Below are positions 1-12,197 of a DNA stretch of 64,000 nucleotides, in pieces (position 1 is the first letter of the stretch; every line of letters starts with the position of its first letter). The position numbers were made by a program, and so were the translations under genes. A model generated the notes under the pieces. The model was not told where the DNA came from, made no database searches, and was given only the letters and a program-made list of their open reading frames with translations. Source of the stretch: Marsupella aquatica (lineage: Eukaryota > Plantae > Marchantiophyta); NCBI GenBank assembly GCA_973895155.1, contig OZ316893.1, forward strand, positions 1,922,860-1,986,859. Direction: 5' to 3'.

Positions 1-907
1 AAGGTGACAGGAAAGGAGGCAAGCAAGAAAGCACCATTGGAGATGAAGCTCATGGAGTTTGAGCCCAAAAATTCTCTGGAGGCTCAAGTTATGACAGAGA
101 TGGAGGATACTAATGATGATGATGCACTTTCGGACTGTCTCAGCACCAACCAATCTACCTCGAGTGATGATTGCTATGTGGTTTTCACAAAGCCACCCCC
201 TAGCCCAAAGCGCAAACCACCGAAGCGTAAATCTAGGGTTTCATAATGATTTTCGGAAAGCTTCAGTGACCAATTTGGCAATTAGCAGCTTTAGCAATTA
301 GCAAGCTAAGACCAATTTTAGGGTCTAGGCAGGCCGTTTTGTCCAAGACTTTGTCCAAGCAGGTTGTAGGGGAAGACTCGGAATGGCTCGTAGCTTGGCC
401 GTATGGAACATGAAGCCGTGGCCTCCAATTTTGTAAACCTTATTATATTTATTGAAACTTTTTTGATTCAAATTGCCGTAGAGAACATTTCTTAGCTTCT
501 GGAAATCTGTTTTCTCGTCTTTGCTCTTGGGCTTTTTGTAACTTTCACTCAGATTTTACGTAATGTTCTGTGATACCTGAGTTTCTGACCTCGCATATAC
601 AGGTTCAGAAGCTCAAGCTTGACACTGAAAGGTGGCTATTTCATCTGTTTTCATGTCAATGTACTTCTATCCAAGCCAATCAAAAATGTCCAGACTACAA
701 CTATTTACGAATTGCTTAGTTAGCATCTCTAGGCCTTGAGAACGCAATTTTCTTTCTTGTAGGGCAATGGTCGAATTATATGTGAATCCTCACTTTGTGG
801 ATTTGCAATCTGGAATGTTTCGTGCAACACTTGAATCACTTTTATTAATCAATGTGCAAACATAGATCTTAGCATTCATCGAGATTGATCGAGTGATGCC
901 CACGGCA

Positions 908-1387
908 CTACAATTGGCTAGCTAACAATCCCTGGAAAGAAAATCTAGGTGCACATGGCTGCAATTCTGCTTCAAAATCTACATGGTCTACTGCTATGCC
1001 TATGTTTTCATTCTGGTCAGTTGTGCTATCATCAAAAACAAGATCGTCAACCCTGGTCTCTAGAAAATTAGGAAGTGGATTCTGTGCAGGTTCCGTAGTT
1101 TGCATCCGAGCTTTGAGTTTTTTGGCCTCTTCTAACTTCCATTGTCTTACGTAATCACGGAGCTCTGGTTCCATGTTGTCTGTAGGCAATGTAAGCAGCT
1201 TCATCAGTGAATTGTTTTGCAATGTCTTGACCCGATCACGATTCTCGTAATGCTCAGTCACCCGGTCCCAAAATCTCTCTGCTCTTTGTCCTGCACCAAT
1301 GCAAGGATCTTGGGACACATGGAGTACACTGTAGCATAATTTTTTGAGCTCCTCTGGACCGTAATTTTTCCCACGACTTGCTGCCAT
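908..1387 (-). pseudogene. Harbinger-associated Myb/SANT-like DNA-binding protein, apparently internally deleted
   Basis: MAASRGKNYGPEELKKLCYSVLHVSQDPCIGAGQRAERFWDRVTEHY matches the RGxNFxxEEDxxLCxxWLxVSQDPxxGxxQxxxxFWxRI pattern of plant Harbinger Myb-like proteins. It then jumps directly to a C-terminal-like segment (MKLLTLP...ELRDYV). No transposase is nearby. Confidence 0.65.
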
Positions 1388-1781
1388 GTTTGCACACCTT
1401 CGTACGCGGAATTTCACTGCAATTCTTGTGAGTCTAAAAATGTCAGCTTTACATGACAACACCGTGTGGGCCACGAGAAGCACTGTTCATGGCAGTCCAA
1501 ACGGGAAAGTTAGAGAATTCTGGCACGAGCACTACTTCACATCGCGAGTGCCGCGTGGACGTTTTCTTGCCGTCGATCGATTTGCAAGCAAGCAGTCGGG
1601 TTTCAAATGGCGACCGCCTTCCTGCCAGGAAGTAGCGGCGTGGAGGGAGGAAAAGTAGCGGCTTCCTCCATAAATTTACGGAAGCCGACACCGTTGGAGA
1701 TTAAAAACTCCAAATACTGGCCGCTAGTAGTTGGTTTGCTATTTACGGTGCTCCTTGGAGGCACCGTTGGAGATGCTCTAA
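908..1781 (-). mobile_element. PIF/Harbinger-like DNA transposon remnant (one TIR plus Myb/SANT-like ORF; left end unresolved)
   Basis: CCGTTGGAGATGCTC (1764-1778) followed by TAA is the reverse complement of a GAGCATCTCCAA-type Harbinger/Tourist terminus with a 3-bp TAA target site. A subterminal CCGTTGGAGA copy lies at 1691. The adjacent ORF resembles Harbinger ORF1. The only left-end candidate is weak (TAGCATCTCT, 721-730). Confidence 0.6.
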
Positions 1782-1789
1782 CATCCTGA

Positions 1790-2030
1790 CTTTTTCTCCC
1801 CTTTATTGGGTGCTTTGGGATCTTGTATACACTAATGTCCTGATTACAGGGCAGGGCATTGTGGGATAGTTTTTTCCTTTCTTTTCTCCCCTTTATTGGG
1901 TGCTTTGTGATCCTCTGCATATACTGTGTCCTACTACAGGGCATTGTGGGATATAATGCCCCAACAAACTAGAGCTTTCCTCTCCTTTATTGGTGCTTTT
2001 GGATCCTCACTATGTACTAAGGAATGCCCT
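1790..2030. repeat. Degenerate tandem repeat, ~90-bp unit, ~3 copies
   Basis: TCTCC(CC)TTTATTGG(G)TGCTTT..GATC recurs near 1795, 1885 and 1980, and CAGGGCATTGTGGGATA recurs twice. Confidence 0.8.
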
Positions 2031-3277
2031 GCAACACCAGAGCTTCAGCTCAAGTTTTGAGGGGCTATTATTGTCCATCATGCTATGGAAACAGGACCTT
2101 GATACACTTAAATCCAAGGGGTTTTTACTTTACTAATTTTAGTAAAAGGATAAGATAATTTTCCTAAAGAGTTGATACAAATCTTGACCATGAATTCTTC
2201 TCCGAGAATGCACTAAAAATACAGTGTGAAAAATTGAGGAGGGCCTTCAGTGTGCATGTTGGGAACTTTTGTCCTTTCTCCTGGACTTACCAACCCAAGT
2301 CTTCCATAAGCCCATTTTATCATGGAGTACTAGATATTGTCTTGGTTTTTTAGTGCTTGTTGTTTCCTGCTTGTTGTTACGATCAGAATACTCAGTACAA
2401 ATGGCAAGGAGAATGCAATGATGGAAATGCTCTCAAGACATTAGAGAAGCTTCACTACCTAATAATATCTGAGATCTCTCGTCTTGCACCCAATCTACAA
2501 TAACATGACAAAGAAAGCAACACCAATTTGAGTGACCCCCACACATTACAGATGGATGTGAGATTTTAGGTGTTTTCTCCAATCCTTGTTGGAGAATGTT
2601 TTTGCCTTGCAACCCCTTGCAATGGAAGTGTTACACACATGGTTGATTCATGGTCTGCTGTATGGGTGGTGGAAGAAAATCTAGCTTAGATCACGTTGGC
2701 AACTAACTAAACTATCTCTTTAAACTCCTGCCAAAATACAAGCATCTGCAAAAGACAGTGTTATTCTTAAAAAGCAAGCAATTGAAGCTTTTCAATAATA
2801 ATATAGGTGGACTGTAATTGAGTGTAAAACGCATGGAATAAACTATGATATCATCCCAACAATTCCTACCCTAATTTCTCAAGAGTCTTCTTCCAAAAGC
2901 AATGTACAGAAAGAGAGAGTACATGGTGCCCGGCGATAAGGCTACGGCTGTCATTTATTGAGCATACTTGCAATGCTATGATCTATGATGCTCGGGGGTC
3001 ACTTCCACGAAAGTGACACATCATGTGCGATGAAGTATAGGCCCATTTAAATGGGTATGGCAAAAAACTTCCAAAGTTTTATGGAAAAACACAAAGGACA
3101 TGATTTATTGACTGGTGGGCATGAAAGAACACATAGGCCTATTTAATTGTAAAAATATTTTCTTCAAAGTTTTTAGGGGTTTTTTAGTAAAAACATGACA
3201 AAATTTTAAAGAGTTTTGCAATAATGGTTTTCTCACTTATAAGCACTCTATGTATGGCCCTCCATATAGTGAATACT

Positions 3278-3294
3278 CCCCCCCCCCCCCCCCC
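3278..3294. repeat. Poly-C homopolymer (C17)
   Basis: 17 consecutive C read directly from the sequence. Confidence 0.95.
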
Positions 3295-4860
3295 GGAGCT
3301 ATGATGGCAACTACTAGTCTGACATGGCACTAATGTAGTGAGGGAAGCTGGAGTCCTAGATTGATATCCTGGTAATTAACCTCAGGGTCCATGCATGTTG
3401 CAAAGGAATACTGATGAGTGAGCCTCTCCCAACACTAAGAGTTTGGTCAAGTGAATATTCTCCAAACTATCTCATATATGGTGCACAAGAAACTGCCCAC
3501 AATTGCATTACAAACATAAGCCCTTTGATCATGCAAAGAAGATATATATGAACTCAAGCTTGACAAGAAGGATGGCTTTGTCAAGAATATGATCCCATAC
3601 CCCACCAGACTAGAGAGCAGACTGGCAAAGATCACTAGGTGGGAACAAGGTTGAGTGCTCTCAAACTCCTGTTGCTCCCACCTCAACATTATAGAGAGCT
3701 TCCTCGAAAAACATCACCTTGATCATTTATGTTGAACTTGTACATTTGGGGAGTGGAGCAACTTTTTATGCAGCTCATACTTTTGGCAACTTGTGTAATC
3801 TACTTTGGGGGATTTTCTTACAACCTTCTGCCACATTTTTTAGCATTTCAAGGATAACCTTTATGTCAAATTCCTGTCCTTGGAAAGGGGACGCATAATC
3901 CTAATTTTGGTTAGGTATCTCAAAGGGTGTGAAATTTGCAAAAGAGGTGCAACATTTATGTGGTGGGATCCTTTTGGCTCATTCCCATCAGGTTCTGTTG
4001 TATCTTGTTTGACCTCCTTCTCCCAACTGACTATTCTGTCTCAAGGGTTTAGGGTTAGAATTTTTTAGTTTCCCGACTGCATTGTGGGTTCATTGATTGA
4101 TTGCAAGGAGATGGTGAATTGATTGATTAAGAGAACATTCATGTTTTCCCGACTGTATCATCACAAAAGAGGACTTAAACCACGACTACAGGTATAAAAA
4201 GGCCAAATCGTGTAACCTGCGTACATTCAGTCTGTCCTCCATTGCCTTGGCCCCAACTTTCGTAGCTGCTCGGGCCCACTTGTCCTCCTGTCATGCAAGA
4301 CAACCCTGGCATGTTTGTCTTGTGCACGGTTCTGCGCTCCTACGTACCACTCCTCTTGTCCAATTCATCAATCCCTTCATGAATGAACAAAGGAATTTCA
4401 AATATGTGCAAGAAATTGCAAGGTGAACCTCCTTCCGTGTGGTCCCTTTGCCCCTTTTTCCTCCATCTCCCTTTGGCTTTGACCTTCACAAAACAAATGC
4501 GACTACCTCACATTCTCATTGGTGTCATAGCTTGTCGCTGAGACTGTCTATAAAGTCTGGCAGCTTGATTTTCTATGTGTGCTCAATTGTTTTTGTGTTT
4601 GCTTTTTTGATCTTTATCAAATATGACAGTCTGCAATTGTGTTTTCTGAAACTCCTGACATTTCAATGAGGGCGGGAAGGGATTTGGTGCACTCTCCAAG
4701 GTGGTCAGCTGCTAAAATTGAGACCAAAGGTTTGATGTCCCAAAGCTTGTTTTGTTATTTCCATTTGTTTTGGTTTGGACGTTTCTTGTTACGGGTCCAG
4801 TTAAAGACTTCTGTAAATCTGAAATTTCTGTCAAAATTCCACGTCACTCTGTAAATATCC

Positions 4861-5112
4861 AGTCAATAGATGGTTTGAATTGAACCATCTACATACATTT
4901 TGTGTGTGAAGACTCGTGTGAAGGCTCGTGTCAGTGGCCTCTCAACTGAAAATGAGCTTTCCTACCATTAAATGTTATGAATCCAACCATCCAGATTCAT
5001 TTTGTGTGTGAATACCCTTGTGGTCTCTTAGCTCAAAAAGAACTTTTACACCATTAGATGTTTTGAATCCAATGATCTATGTTGCTTTTGTGTGTGAAGC
5101 CTCGTGTGAAGA
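4861..5112. repeat. Degenerate tandem repeat, ~85-100-bp unit, 3 copies, with small hairpins (DNA-transposon subterminal type)
   Basis: (T)AGATG..TGAAT..AAC/TCATC....TTTTGTGTGTGAA recurs three times. TAGATGGTT-N7-AACCATCTA forms a perfect 9-bp stem near 4866-4890. Confidence 0.7.
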
Positions 5113-5609
5113 GTAATGTCACTTCTCGACACAAACAACTCTATTAAACTAAACATATCTATGCTTGGATGTTGACATAACTAGATTATGCCCTTTATGG
5201 TGCCTAAGGAATAAGAAGAACTTGGGCAGTAGGTGGGCTTTGAAAAAAATCAATATTTGAAAAATCTCCAGCTTGGGTATTAGGTATATTTTAAAAGGCA
5301 ATTTAATTGCAATAAAATAAAATAAATAAGCTTGGTAAGCAACATATAAAGTATTCTCTCAACCTCTTGATGCCATACAAGTAAAATGGGAAAGAATATT
5401 AGAAATATAAGTAGGGGTGAAAGATCATGAGGAAGGTGGGGTGAATAAGCGAGGGTTTGATCATGGGAAGCTTACATTGAAGTTTAATGCAAGGATTATT
5501 AGAATGTTAACATGTGGAAGGGTCTAGTTATGAAAATATTGTTTTGAAGTGGTATTGAATGTTAGATTTTTGAAATGTAAACTCTAGAGTATATTATAAC
5601 ATTGTTTTT

Positions 5610-6291
5610 AAGTTACAACTTGTCAAAAAATACTCAAACCCTTGAATATATGTGTACCAATTGCTTTAACTTATGACCTTATTGATTTTGAAGTTACAAA
5701 TGGGGTCAAACATTATACAGACCCTTGTAGATGTGTGTACCAAAATGCCTTCGCTTGTAACCTTCCCGGATAACCTAATTTTGATTTTGAAGTTACAACT
5801 AGGGTAAAACAGTACACTAACCCTTGTAGATGTGTGTACCATAATGCCTTAACTTGTAGTTACCTTATATTGATTTTATAAGTTACAATTGGGGTCAAAC
5901 AGTACACCGACCCTTGCAGATGTGTGTACCAGGATGCCTTAACTTGTAACTTTATATTGATTTTGAAGTTACAACTGGGGTCAAACAATACACCTACCCT
6001 TGCAGATGTGTGTATCAGAATGCCTTAACTTGTAACATTCTATTGATTTTATAAGTTACAATTGGGGTTAAACTGTACACCGACCCTTGTAGATGTGTGT
6101 ACCAGGATGCCTTAACTTGTAACTTTATATTAATTTTGAAGTTACAACTGGGGTCAAACAATACACTGACCCTTGCGGATGTGTGTACCAGAATGCTTTA
6201 ACTTGTAACTTTAATTTCGAAGTTACAATTAGAGTCAAACATTACACCGACCTTTGCATATGTGTGTACTATAGTTTATTGCCTTAACTTG
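5610..6291. repeat. Tandem array of ~86-bp units, 8 copies
   Basis: AAGTTACAA starts at 5610, 5691, 5790, 5880, 5966, 6053, 6139 and 6220. Unit consensus is AAGTTACAAYTGGGGTCAAACARTACACCGACCCTTGYAGATGTGTGTACCAGRATGCCTTAACTTGTAACTTTATATTGATTTTG. Confidence 0.95.
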
Positions 6292-7130
6292 AACAATATT
6301 ATATGGACCTTATAATTATACCCGATTGATAATAAACTTAAGTGAATAATTTTAGGTACAAAAAGCCAACTTTTCCATTTTTGGAATCCAACAAAGGGCA
6401 AATTTCACCTTCTTAATATGTAATGTGCTAAGATAACCATAACAATATGAAACAAGATTACAAAAGACTCATCTACCTACCAAGAGCATTGCTTTCTACA
6501 AATAAAAATTTGCAAATTACAATTACTTATAGTTTTGTTAGGATTGCATAAATCTATTGTGTTGATTCAAATAAAAGCTCTAAGTGTTGTGGTAAATTAA
6601 TAATATATTAATATTTCCACATCCATATATGATAATGCTACAAATTTTTACCTAATCTGATAATTTATTTGAAAATAAACACTATTATGATAAATATTAC
6701 ATGTGTGAAAATTAGATTTTAAAGTATAGATAGATTCCATGCTTGATTTAGCTTTACGAGTGAACAACTTTAGCAATAACATTTATTCAACAAGGAATAA
6801 AGAGAGAAACAAACCTCTATTTCAATATTCAAATGGACAACTTGTGATATGGTACATACCAGAGTCAGAATTACCCAAAAAGAGTGGAAATATTGAAAAT
6901 GTTAGATGTTTGGACCCTTAAGTACGTCACTTGGGCAAGTTATTGAATAATTCACTATTCTAAGACATGTTTAACTTGTAACCTTTCCTTCGAAAAGCTG
7001 TTGAGACAAAAGAAAGGAAAACCTACTATGGTTTGAACTGTTAGTGTGATGAGAATGGAAGATGGAACCTTGTTCTCAATTGGACATTGCAAGTAAGTTA
7101 GGAGAGTACCACAACGTACCTCTATTTAGA

Positions 7131-8015
7131 GAGGGATATGCTTAATAGGCCCCCTCCTAGAGATACTTTGCTTAATCAACCCCTGGGTTTAGTGGGCAAC
7201 CAATTTGTGAATGACGTGGTGTTTAGGGTCTCACAAATTTTTGGGACTACCCCCAAATTGGAGGTTGTTCCATATTCAATTTGCATCTAGTAATAGAAAC
7301 TGGTCCCCGATTAACATTTCACTGACCCTGGTTTTGTAATGTAAGACCTGAGTGGTTATTACTTAATCTTGGGTTGTTTCCCTTTCATTTGATTGTCGAA
7401 CTACTTTATAGCCATAGTTCTTGCTGAGTGCATTCATATAAACCATGACTGAATCATGATTGGACATTACTAATTAAAGTATAGAAACTCTCCATATGAA
7501 GGGCTATTTAGGGTTTTGGGGTTTAGGGACTAAGGGTTTAGGGTGTTAGATGTTGATGATGGTACGTCCATGTGCCTTGTGCCTCGTGAAAAGTTGTGTA
7601 AAGTTGTTACTGCTTGAGAGTGGACAAAAGACAAAATGGGAGGATATCAAAAAAATGCGGAATTTGTCTACAAAGGGAAGACATTCATGTCAATGTATTC
7701 GCATAAGATAACCCTAATGTCAATACAGGCAGTGCATATGTGCAAACGCACACAGTTCAGTCCTTGCACATGGTAATAGTTGTTGTTGAATCTTTGGATG
7801 GTCACTGTGATTTTTTGCCCGGTCACTGCATAGTTTGTAGTTGAATGCAGTATCACCCAGTTTGGTCTTTGTAAGGCTGAAACTCAATTTATAAGAACTT
7901 ACACAAGGACAAAAGGTCCGGATCATAAAGAGGGGGTTGATTGGGGGAGAAAAAATTTCCAGGTGGTTGATTAAGCAAAGTGTCTCCAGGAGAGGGCCTA
8001 TTAAGCACATCCCTC
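7131..8015. mobile_element. Non-autonomous Mutator-like (MULE) element, 885 bp
   Basis: ~55-bp terminal inverted repeats GAGGGATRTGCTTAATAGGCCCYCTCCTRGAGAYACTTTGCTTAATCAAC. Perfect 10-bp direct flank TCTATTTAGA at 7121-7130 and 8016-8025. No transposase ORF inside. Confidence 0.88.
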
Positions 8016-8810
8016 TCTATTTAGATGATATCTGAAGATCAAGAGGAGTTGGTTGGACCAATGAGCAACGATCGCGGATGTGTGAGCTATATACCATCAA
8101 TAGCAGCAATTGGAAATTGAAGTTAAAGAGCAATTCTTGTGAGGTTTCTCTTGACTTCATTGATAGCTTAAGACCATATTCCTTTATGAAGGAATGGCAA
8201 CAAGAGTTTAAAATTCTAGGCTTGAATTCTAAAAGCTTTAACCTCAAGTTTCTACAAGAGAGTTCCGTCTTAAAACCACTCAAAACTTGTTAAACCATTA
8301 ATTTCATCCATAGTTTGTTTTTCCATGGGAACGAACACCGAGTTTTAGCATATATTTGTTAATATTTGCATTTGATAACATACGACACAACCTAAATTGC
8401 ATGGACCCTTTCAAATCATACAATATTACTCAATTAGGATCCTTCCTTGGTATGATTGCTCTCATTTTTTAGTGTTCGTAGATCAAGCATGGTAACAAAT
8501 TGGCCTCCCAAAAATCAAGGTAGTGTGTTTATAGATCTCATGCATAATAAGGAATCCTATATACCAAGCTTTTCAGTTTGCTCGATAGATAGGCTTTTAG
8601 GTTTATTGATTCTGGTTGTTGTTGTGGGGGCTTTTGCCATGTAGTCTCTTTTTGGCTCTTTGATCCTCCTGGGGTTTTCCCTTGTTATCTCCCCTTCATG
8701 CGGTCTCCTGCCCAGGGGCCGTGTCTCCCAAATGGGCTCCTTTTCTATATACATCCAAGGAGAATGTATGGGGTGGGATCCCATAAGAGCTTTAGTGACT
8801 GAAGGTTGGG

Positions 8811-8846
8811 GAGTTAAGAGAGTTAAGAGAGTTAAGAGAGTTAAGA
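8811..8846. repeat. (GAGTTAAGA)x4 short tandem repeat
   Basis: Four perfect 9-bp units. Confidence 0.9.
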
Positions 8847-11624
8847 ATCATAGGCATATTCGTTGATGTACAAAAAATGTCATGCTTTATCAGATATGGG
8901 CCCATACGGGCCCTATACTTGTGGCTTTCTTTTGGTGCTTCTTGCTCTAAAGATAGACTTTCCACAAAAGAACTTACAATAAATGCAACATCTGTTGGAT
9001 GAAGGAGCCAAACTTTGAAAATGTTTGGATAAGTTATGGAGGGGATCCAAAATTCTATACAAAACAAGCACTTCCTTGGGCCCATGGCTTGTCAAAGAGG
9101 ATCTATAGTTCTATACAGAACACAGACTTCCTCGGGCCCATAGCTTGTCATGGAGGATCTGTAGAGACTAGTATACCTGAATAGGCCCTTGACTTCTTGA
9201 AAAGCCAACAAGGTCCTTTACACTCATAGTAAGTTCCAGATTTGATCTCAGAAGGAATAAAAATAAGCGATGGCCGGGTCCCCATGTCTTGTGAAGCCAC
9301 CCTTAACATATAGAAGAGACCCTTCAATCTTGTTGGGACCAGAAGATCTTTGACGCCCCCTCTCCCACTTGGTGTGGCGGAGGGTTAAAGTGTGTGGGGT
9401 AGGCCAAGTGCCATCCATATGAGGTGCCATACAAATCTACTGGACCTTATTTTTTTTTATAAAGAACTGAGCTCTTTGATTTCAAGATTGAGCTAAGCTC
9501 TATTGGGTCATTGGTCAGAGACTTAAGTTTCCACCAAAGTACCTTAATGCCATGCATGATATTTCCCTTTCTATTTTTCAGGGCAATAGTGGAGAAATGC
9601 ACAGTTAAGATTTGGATAAGCTCACTAAGCTCACTATGAAGATTCTCCTCTACTTTTTCTAAAATTATTGAACATAAAAATCTGTAAGCAGTGAAATGTA
9701 TCCAGATTCTCTTAATGAACATTATGGGCAATAGCCACTCAAAACTGGAGGTGAAGCTCTCTTTTCTAGGGGCATTATGGTACATACTGCTCTGGAAACA
9801 GGACCTTACTATATACTTAAATCCTTGCAATATTTTTGTCTTTGTATATTTTTGAAGTTTACGGAATAAAATTTCCATTACCTCAAAGCACGGGCATTTT
9901 GAGATTTATGCTCTACCCATCATGAAGTTAGCTTTGTGTTCAAGTGAGGTTCAGGTGCAAGGAAAGGAAAAAAAAATCAAAAATAGGATGCAGAAAGCTT
10001 CTTTCAGAGATTAAAGTCCATTAATCCTTGTTACCAAGCTGTTATGTGCAACAATAGACACTCAAAACGTGGTTGAATGCACATTATAGCTCCAATGCCC
10101 TGGAATTTTAACAGGGTGTTACTCTAGTCTAAGTGCAAGCTCCCAAGAAGACACCCCAAGCATGCAGATATCCATGGTATGCCTACATTAAAAAGCATGG
10201 GAGATTGCTTAGGCACTCACCCATACTGCACCCACCAATAAATGCTTTCTTATATGTGTGTTACTTGTGGTAAATGATAAATGTGTGTATACACTTATAG
10301 GCAAAATTGCACTTATGTATTTATCATTTAGTGCCAATATTTGCCATGTAGTGAAGGTCAACCTGCACTTAAATAAAAGTGTTTTTCTCTTGGTCACATA
10401 GCAAAGAAATTACTTAATATTGGGGGACTCATAATTTTAGGGAAGCACATAGAAGGTCTGCACTTTAATGCTTTGGGAACAAGAATTGTCAAGACTAGCT
10501 GAGACAAATTTCACCATGCATTCTCCACGGAAGAATCACGAAGGACAACAAGAATGGTGTTGTATATAGAGTACAGCGACTATAAATTTTAAAAACTTGA
10601 GGGTCTCCTCAAGTTTATGGATTGGGGCCGTCAAGTGAATCCCTGGACCGTATGGTATCAACGACCATCAAGTTGTTATTCTACGAACGTAATAATGGAG
10701 ACCTCACATACGGTAATGCCACAGGCCAGGACCGTGCGGGACTACGGCCAGCTGGAGCGTGAGCCAGGAAACTGGTGTGCAATTGGCTGCCCGCCCTTGA
10801 ACCCTGTTCTGTTATTATCAAGGGATGATCGAATTTGGGCCAAAAATAAAGAATTATTGATTGAAAATTAAGGACATCATTTTAGTTACGGTACTTATCC
10901 GTACTCATTATCTTCGGATTTGGTCGTGATTCTTTTTAATATTTGAAAAGTTTCGAAGGATGATTACATGTAAATCTTTCCTTTAGTGTTGCTTTAGATA
11001 TCCAGCCACTTTTTGTCAAATAAGAGTCATCAATCATGCCTGGTTAATCAAGTTTGTGAATAGATTTCATTTTTGAAAACTTTTTGTAAAAGTTGGACAA
11101 AGCAGAGTTGACCTTTGAGTGTAGGGTCTACTAGTGTTAGAACTTAGAAAACATTTACAATTGAGAGTGCATATGTTGGGAAGATTCTAAACATTTGGAT
11201 GTAAAACACTGATATGCCAATATATTGATTTTTTATAAGGTAGATGACATCTAAAACAGTTATTTATGTAAGCGTCATAATTTGAAAGGTAAAATACTAA
11301 GTTTTTGCGCAGGGCATGCACAAACCTGATAGTCTCTAAGGTATTTGTTCTCTAAGTGACCCAAATGCCCGATCTACAATAGATCTGCATAGAGTGTGGA
11401 CAGATGAGCTGGCTGTCAACCAATGGCCATCTGGGAGTACCATAAGGGTGGCTTTACAAGACCCCTGTGGAATTTGTGATAAGTTTCCTCCATAGCAACC
11501 TGGAGTATCATTTATTGTTCTAAAGAATACCCCCAATACATGTGTATAAGCTCCCCGCATCTAGATTCCCCCTGCCCATGCCTATTCACAAGCATAGTCT
11601 AAATATCAAAATTTATGTTACTAA

Positions 11625-12165
11625 AGAAACAGCCATTGGTTCCTGAATCTTGTAAAGCCAACACCATCTTCACTCATTGTATAGTCCAAATTGAATCTCA
11701 GAATGAACCCCCCCAAAAAACAATTACCCAAGTAAACACCATACCTAAATTGGCTCTTGAGTTCTTGTGAAGCCAACTAGGTGTTTCCCTCATTCTATGG
11801 TGTAGATTGAATCGTAGACTGAATAAGAGAATAATGGATCACAGTAGACACCATACCAGAGGGCCCCCCTGGGTTCTTGTGAAGCGCCAACTCAGCCGTT
11901 TCCACTCATTACATGGTCGAGACTTAATTTGAGAGCTAGTAAAAAGAAACAATGTGCCCCTTAGACTCCATACCTGAATGGGCCCGGAGTCCTTGTGAAG
12001 CCAACTGCAGTCTTTTTTGCTCATTATGCAGTCCATATTTAATCTCAGAGAAAATGAAAAGAAGCAATGGACCCGGTAGACACTGTACTTGAATTGGCCC
12101 CTTAGTTCTTGTAAAGCCGATTGCAATGGTTTCCACTCATTATATAGTCGAGATCTAATCTTAAT
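11625..12165. repeat. Degenerate tandem array, ~115-bp unit, 5 copies; related copies at ~9170-9300
   Basis: The core CTTGT(A/G)AAGC(C)..CTCATT..G/TAAT occurs at 11649, 11764, 11876, 11992 and 12108. ATACCTGAAT.GGCCC..GA.TTCTTG..AAGCCAAC also occurs near 9175-9210. Confidence 0.8.
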
Positions 12166-12197
12166 TAGATTGTATTCTATTATAATCTACGCAGGTG

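Noticed and set aside
1-690. Truncated ORF tail followed by a LINE-like 3' region (similar impression at 63130-63400 and 8620-8846)
   Set aside because: No RT or endonuclease motif, clear poly(A) tail or TSD is visible.
721-732. Left TIR of the Harbinger remnant
   Set aside because: Only 8 contiguous bases match and there is no properly placed TAA/TTA flank, so it was not used as a boundary.
5610-6291. Regular repeats with internal inverted motifs resembling a CRISPR array
   Set aside because: The whole unit is repeated with no unique spacers, there are no cas genes, and the context is eukaryotic.
7507-7545. Interstitial telomere or chromosome-fusion scar
   Set aside because: Only a few degenerate units in one orientation, located inside a TIR element.
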